This document shows, piece by piece, positions 1 through 64,000 of a DNA stretch of 64,000 nt (position 1 is the first letter of the stretch; every line of letters begins with the position of its first letter). A model generated the notes under the pieces. The model searched no databases. It saw nothing but the letters and a program-made list of their open reading frames with translations, and had not been told where the DNA came from. The stretch is from Centroscyllium fabricii. Lineage: Eukaryota. The stretch covers positions 142,972,001 to 143,036,000 of the forward strand of contig JBNRSN020000010.1 of NCBI GenBank assembly GCA_051313645.2. The letters run 5' to 3'. Both the position numbers and the translations under genes were made by a program.

Positions 1-340
1 GACTCATATAGGCCAGACCAGGTAAGAACGGCAGATTTCCTTCCCTAAAGTACATTAGTGAACCAGATGGGTTTTTACGACAATCCGATAGTTTCATGGT
101 TACCATTACCATTGTTGTAAAAAACCAATTGGTTCACTAATGCCCTTTAGAGAGAGAAACCTGCTATCCTTACCCAGTCTGGCCTATATGAGTCCAGTCC
201 CACACCAACAGGGTTGATTCTTAAATGCCTTCTGAAGTGGCCAAGCAAGCCACTTAATTGTATCAAATCTACTACACTGCAGCAGTTCAAGGAGGCCAGC
301 CACCACATTCTCAGGGCAACCAGGGATAGGCAATAAACGC
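1..340. mobile_element. Two oppositely oriented DeuSINE (SacSINE1-like) fragments
   Basis: Deu-domain-like GGCCAGACCAGGTAAG...CATTAGTGAACCAGATGGG at 1-85 and its reverse complement at about 115-195, followed by a LINE-derived tail. Confidence 0.7.
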
Positions 341-480
341 TCACAATCTGAGAATTTTTAAAGACCATCACCAACACCAGGTGGAGGTATTTATCAATGC
401 TATGTCTGAACTGACAGCTATAAGTTAAGCAAATACCAGCCTAGGGTATCCTCCAATTTTCCCTCTTCTGTGGAAGCTCT

Positions 481-1174
481 GGGGGGGATTTTCATGTCCC
501 CGTGAGGTGGGGTTTTTGGTGGCCTGGCCGGCAAAATAGCGGAACCGGCAGGTCAGGAAGGGCCCTCAGCCATTTTGCCCTGTTTTCCGCCATAACCCCG
601 CCACCTTAAACCCCACTGGGTGAAACCCAGCGGGAGCACAGCGCTGGTTATTACTTTTGGACTATAACCTGGTGTGTGATTTCTTGAATTTATTACTTTC
701 TCCTTTAAGGTGTGAAGGACATGCTGCCAAATGCTTGGCATGCCTCCAGCACCTTAGAGGAGTAAGTAACTCCGTTCTGCCTTCAGCAGCAGCTGTTAGC
801 AGAAACTGAGCAATCTCAGTTCTGAACAGTGCCTGACAGCTGCTGCGAGCTGTGAGGGATTTGGAGCCCGCCCGCCCACCTGTCAGTCACCAGCACTTGG
901 CCTTTCCCATTGGCTCCACTCGACTGTGATGTCACAGTGGAGTGTTTCCATGGGAACTGACAACAACCAGTGCTGGAACTGTCAATCAGTGTGCTCGCAA
1001 CTCCGTTGCAGCCCGACTCGATTGACCTAATTACCTCCCGCTGCCGCCGACGGGGATTTAACAACCTCATTAAACTAAAATTGCGTGGGCTTCCCAGCTG
1101 TTTGGGCGGGCGGGACCGGAAGCCGCCCAGACCAATCCCCGCCAGGTTCCCGCCCTTCTGGAAAAATCACCCCC
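481..1174. mobile_element. Non-autonomous DNA element, PIF/Harbinger-like MITE
   Basis: Termini GGGGGGGATTTT...AAAATCACCCCC flanked by TCT on both sides; GC-rich ends. Confidence 0.55.
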
Positions 1175-1299
1175 TCTGTTTGGTGACATAACCTAATCGG
1201 ACCAAAACCATGTGGTGTGTTTTTGTGTCTTTTCTATCTTTCCTACTTTAGACCACCCTTTTGGATGAGTCCTAACTCGCTATGGCTTTGAGAGTATCC

Positions 1300-2340
1300 C
1301 AAATGTAACCCCACTATATAAGAAAGGAGGGAGAGAGAAAATGGGGAACTACAGACCAGTTAGCCTGACATTAGTAGTAGGGAAAATGCTAGAATCGCTT
1401 ATTAAGGACGTGGTAACAAGGCACTTCGAAAATAATAATAATAGGATTAGGCAGAGTCAACACAGATTTATGAAAGGGAAATAGTTTTTGACAAATCTGT
1501 TGAGTTTTTTGAAGTTGTAACTAGCGGAATAGATAAGGGGAACAACCAGTGGCTGTGGTGTATTTGGATTTTCAGAAGGCATTCGATAAGGTGCCACACA
1601 AGAGGTTATTAAACAAAATTAAGGCTCATGGGATTGGGGGTAATATACTAGAATGGATTGAGGATTGGTTAACGGACAGAAAACAGAGAGTAGGAATAAA
1701 CAATTAGGAAAGCAAATGGTATGTTGGATTTTATTACTCGAGAATTTTAGTATAAGCGTAAAAATGTCTTGCTGCAATTATATAGGGTCCTGGTGAGACC
1801 ACACCTGGAGTATTGTGTACAGTTTTGGTCTCCTTACTTAATACATGCCATAGAGGGAGTGCAATGAAGTTTCACCAGATTGTTTCCTGGGATGGGGAGA
1901 TTGTCCTCTGAGGAGAGATTGAGTAGACTAGGCCTATATTCTCCAGAGTTTAGCAGAATGAGAGGTGATCTCATTGAAACATACAAAATTCTTAAAGGGC
2001 TTGACAGGGTAGATGCAGGGAGGATGTTTCCCCTGGCTGGGGAATCTAGAACCAGGGGTCACAGTCTCAGAATAAGGGGTCAGCCATTTAAGACTGAGAT
2101 GAGGAGAAATTTTTTCACTCAGAGGGCAGTGAATCTTTGGAATTCTCTACCCCAGAGGGCTGTGGAGGCTCACTCATTGAGTATATTCAAGATGGAGCTA
2201 GATTGATTTTTGGATATTAAGGAAATCGAGGGATATGGGGATAGTGCAGGAAAGTGGAGTTGAGGTAGAAGATCAGGATGATCTTATTTGAATGGTGGAG
2301 CAGGGTCGAGGGGCCAAATGGCCTACTCCTATTTTTTATA
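1300..2340 (+). mobile_element. CR1 LINE 3' fragment, internally deleted
   Basis: NYRPVSLT, DFQKAFDKVPH, RRNFFTQRAVNLWNSLP motifs and CR1 3' tail. Confidence 0.9.
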
Positions 2341-2362
2341 TTGTCACTGACTCTAATATCTA

Positions 2363-2755
2363 GATAAGAAGCTCGACACCATCCAGGACAAAGCAGTTTG
2401 CTTGATTGGCACTTCACCCACTAGCCTAAGAATTCACACCCTCCTCCAGGGGCGCACCATGGCTGCAGCGTGAACTATCTATAGGGTGCACTGCAGCACT
2501 CGCTAATGTTTCTTCGACAGCATCTCCACCACCCAAAAGGACAAGGACAGCAGGTGCATGGGAACACCATCTCCTCTAAGTCACACAACATTGTGCTGGG
2601 TCAAGATCCTGAAATTCCCTAACAACTTTGTGGCAGTGCCTTCGCCACGTACTGTAGTGGTTCAAGAAGAAAGCCCACTACCACCTTCTAAAGGACAACC
2701 AGAGATGGGCAATAAATGCCGTCTTGCCAGTGACGCCCACATATCAGGATTTAAT
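2363..2755 (+). mobile_element. CR1/L2-group LINE 3' fragment (second family; another fragment at about 3323-3500)
   Basis: KKLDTIQDKA-coding start; tail GGGCAATAAATGC...GACGCCCACAT shared with 34270-34885. Confidence 0.75.
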
Positions 2756-3629
2756 TAAAAATAAGTTTCGAGAGTGTCTCCAAGATAACGAAGATAAAAC
2801 GTTTGTTAAATTTCTAGAGTTGCTGGATCTTTCCTGTGCTTCTACAGAATTTTCCTCGCTTCTTCAAAAGTGGCAGAATATTATAACACCTGAGTTAATT
2901 TAGGCTTTAGCTGAAAAATAAATTTAATGAACAATAGATGAATGAGGAAGTAATTAACAGTAATATAATGTATATATTTACAATAGATGTTAGTCTATGC
3001 CAACTACTCAAAACAAGGAAATTGATAGATGGTTAGCAATCTCTATGAAACTAATTATTTTATAATTAACATTTACATGCTAGTCGTTCATTTATTAACA
3101 TGTTTTCTATGTTAAAGGGGCTAATTACAAATGCAAGTTATTGCACAACATCAGGAATCTGATAGAAAGATGTGTTAGGTTAGTAAGAAAAAAGCATTGT
3201 CAAATTGCAGGAGATGTACTGTCACATTTGATCTAAATATAAATGGTTTTCTATGTACATCAATTGCACAAAATAAAAACAATCCAAAAGTGAAAAAGTG
3301 CATAAATATCAAGTTTAAAATATCACTGTTCCTTCATCGTCGCTGTGTCCAAATCCTGGAACTCCCTCCCTAACAGCACTATGGGAGTACGTTCACCTCG
3401 CAGACTGCAGCGGTTCAAGAAAGCTTCTCAAGGGCAATTAGGTATGGGCAATAAATGCTGGCCTTGCCAGCTACGCCCACATCCCATGAACAAATTAAAA
3501 AAAAACATTTATTATGGTAAATATGAAAAGAATCCAAATTTAAAGAACTGTATTAAAGATTGGTATCATTAAGTGCAGTACAGTGCATAGATGGCTGATG
3601 AAAAGCCCACTTGCTTTCAGAGGCCACAG

Positions 3630-4190
3630 AGATGATCTTATTGAAACATAAGATTGTGAGAGGGCTTGATCAGGTGGATGCAGTGAGGATGTTCCCAATG
3701 GTGGGTGAAACTAGGACTAGGGGGCATAATCTTAAAATAAGGGGCTGCCATTTCAAAACTGAGATGAGGAGAAACTTCTTCACTCAGAGGGTGGTTGGGC
3801 TGTGGAATTTGTTGCCCCAGAGAGCTGTGGAAGCTACTACATTGAATAAATTTAAAACAGAGACAGACAGTTTCCTGGAAGTAAAGGGAATTAGGGGTTA
3901 TGGTGAGCGGACAGGTAAGTGGACGTGAGGCTAGGTTCAGATCGGCCATGTGATTTCCTGGACCAGTTTTCGATGCTAGATGGGTCCGAGAGGAATTTCC
4001 CAGATTTTTTCTCCCAAATTGGCCACTGGGTTTTTTGTCTGGTTTTTCGCCTCTCCCGGATGATCACACGGGTTCGGCCGGGATGGAGAGTAAAAGTAAA
4101 ATTGAGGTTAGGATCAGATCAGCCATGATCTTGTTGAATGGCGGAGCAGGCTCGAGGGGCCCCTACTCCGCCTATTTCTTATGTTCTTGC
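3630..4190 (+). mobile_element. CR1 LINE 3' fragment
   Basis: RTRGHNLKIRG...RRNFFTQRVVGLWNLLP; CR1 tail. Confidence 0.85.
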
Positions 4191-5555
4191 GTTTCAACAA
4201 AGGTTACAAACAATATTCAATTATAACGCGAGAAGCTGGCGTATTCAAACACTGAGAATGTAAGCTCCTACAAACCAGCCGTAATATCCCGTTCCCGAGT
4301 CTTCTAAAGTTTAAAGATTACACGTTCATCATCTTGGATGAACAAATAAACATCTAGTTACTTATCTCAGAATACTTGCAACAACGGTAACAGAGACCTA
4401 ATATGGTACCTGCGGTCGTGATTTTGTAAATATCACCAGTGCGCCTGTGCCTACGAACATGGGTCCAGGTCCACACTGTGATCTGTTAGATCATCCCAAC
4501 CATGCAATTTATCATAACAAATGAGCCAGTGCGATTTGTTTGACATCGCAGTAAATATATTTTAATGCTGACTGCGTGTTTTTGCACATTACCTCTAGTT
4601 AATGTCGAATAGCTTCTCTTCTCGCCCCCGCACTGTCACTTCTGGAGTGTCCTTGTTTGAGCCAATGTTTTAACCACATGTATCCCATCTATGTAGTCTT
4701 ATTAAAAAATGACTTCCCTATTAGACACATAACAAAAAATTGCTTTTAATATTTCTTTGTCACACGACTATGTGTGGTTTTCTCACTGAATAATTTATTG
4801 CAGTTAATTTCCAGTTTCAATAACATTAACGGATTAGTGAGTTTTTAAAATAGTCCTGAACGCGCAATCCGCCTTTTTATACCAGAACTGCAGAAGCTTC
4901 CGAATATTGATTGGTGTTTTAAAACATTTTAATAATCGCGTTACATTGCAATTGTGCTCATGCACCAGATAACGTCATTGCATAAATGCTCAGCAAGAAG
5001 ATTCTCACTTTCGAATGCAAACTTGTAATTAGAGCCTTTCGAACTCTTCTATATTTCCAATAATTTTCACAGTACCAACAGATGCTGAAAAATCTATTTG
5101 CAAAGGACAAACTGGAAATCCAGATACAAGCGGGATAATTCTCCTTCGCAAGGGCATATTGCTAAACAGGCGTGTAGGATCGCAAACACGTAATATCGCA
5201 AATTTTTTATAAATCAAGCAAAATTACTGATGCATATTCAGAAATGGTGAAAACGAAGGGGAGGGTGGGGAAATGAGACTGTGCAAACCCACCCAACTGC
5301 AACCTGGCAGCAGATGCCGATGTGGCCGCCGTGCGCTCTGGGAGGTGTAGTTCTTTCTCTGCCGTGACAGCGAACTGAACATTGTTGTCTGGGCGACACG
5401 GACTACAACTCCCAGCGGGCAGTGCGTTGCCGCATTACCTCATTGCCCGCAGTGTCACGTGAGGTGGCGGACTGGTCTTAGTCACTGGGCGGGTGCGGGA
5501 GCGGCACTGACTGACTGAGCTCGGCCACTTCGCAGTGCGACCGTCGGCGTTCACC

Positions 5556-63030
<57,475 letters not shown>

Positions 63031-63244
63031 GTAAAAGTTGATATGACATTGACTTGTGTCTGTGTATTTGAATTTATTTGTATTTATGCAAGGCTACATT
63101 TGGGCTCCACAATAGGAAAGATTTTGAGACGGTAGAGGTGGTACAATTTGGATTCACCAGGACGCTACCTGATATGACGAAATAAAAAAGACTTGAAAAA
63201 TTAGTGGTGGTTTTCCCTAGAATTGCGCAGATTACAGAGCAATA

Positions 63245-63925
63245 CAGGTTATGCACCATTAATCCGCCACGGGCGGGACCAGGCCCGTGCCGGGAAACTG
63301 AAAAAACCGGGAGAACGAAGTTGGACACTGCGCATGCGCACCATTCAAAATGGCCGCGCGCATGCGCACAACATTGGGATTGGCTGGCGTGCGCATGCGC
63401 AGATCAACCAATAATGGCCGCCGCGAAGTTTTTTGAGGGGCTCAGGCTTGTGTGGCGTTCCGTTTGCCTTTTAGGGCTGTCGGGCAGCAGTGAAAGGCCG
63501 GTCTTGCAGGGGGGGAAGGAGGGTTGTGCGGGCGCGGGTCGGGCCCAGTAGGTCCGCCTTCCCTCTCCATCGCCTTTCGGGTTGCTGCTGCCGCCGAGCC
63601 GTACTCAGGCTGACCGCTGTTGCCTAGTGACTGTCCGCCTCAGTCACGGGGCTCAGCTGTCGAGAAAATAACCGGCGGCCGTATTAAATTATCTGTGCAT
63701 GCGCTAGCCGTCCGGCGGTGCATGCGCTAGCCGTCCGGCGACGCATGCGCAGATCATTCAAAACACCCGGCAGCCGTTTTGAATGATCGGTGCATGCGCA
63801 GATCATTTGCTGAAGCCGCGATGGCGGCTGCCATCTTGCGCATGCGCAGTGCAGTCGGGGCAAATTTGTGCCGGCAGACTGAAGCTGCCGGCTTTTCGGG
63901 ACACGGATTTTCGGTGCACAACCTG
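63245..63925. mobile_element. Tc1/pogo-like MITE (related to 11190-11714, opposite orientation)
   Basis: TIR CAGGTTATGCACC / GGTGCACAACCTG; TA flanks; shared subterminal GCGGGACCAGGCCCGTGCC. Confidence 0.85.
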
Positions 63926-64000
63926 TATAATAGTTTTTAAAATTGGGAAAGGATGGGACAGGGTAACTTTCAGAAGCAAATTGTTTCCAGTGGTTACGGA

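Noticed and set aside
657-687. 30-bp match to the Penelope family-1 terminus inside the MITE
   Set aside because: Too short and degraded to call as an element; no hammerhead or TSD.

Overview
Vertebrate genomic DNA, most likely from a shark or other cartilaginous fish (inferred from HE1-like V-SINEs, a SacSINE1-like DeuSINE and the CR1/Penelope content). The window holds the CpG-island promoter and the first 44 coding exons of cytoplasmic dynein 1 heavy chain (DYNC1H1, + strand). The ATG is at 5556 and 8756 coding nt (about 2918 codons) are present, covering tail, linker, AAA1-AAA3 and the start of AAA4; the gene continues past the window. Introns are dense in mobile DNA: CR1 and L2 LINE fragments, tRNA- and 5S-derived SINEs, Tc1/pogo-like, Harbinger-like and hAT non-autonomous elements, and Penelope-like elements (PLEs). 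The most notable structures are: (1) a near-intact RT + GIY-YIG PLE and several short fold-back derivatives that carry minimal hammerhead ribozymes on both strands, one family with a compensated U3:A8 core; (2) inverted copies of local genomic DNA sitting at the 5' junctions of CR1/HE1 insertions; (3) a diverged ~160 bp segment shared by the upstream region and the end of intron 7; (4) a 5S-derived SINE; (5) a hAT element carrying a CRISPR-mimicking minisatellite; (6) one GC-AG intron. All repeat family names and comparisons with the human protein come from recall, not from database searches. Repeat boundaries are approximate unless a TSD or TIR is quoted.
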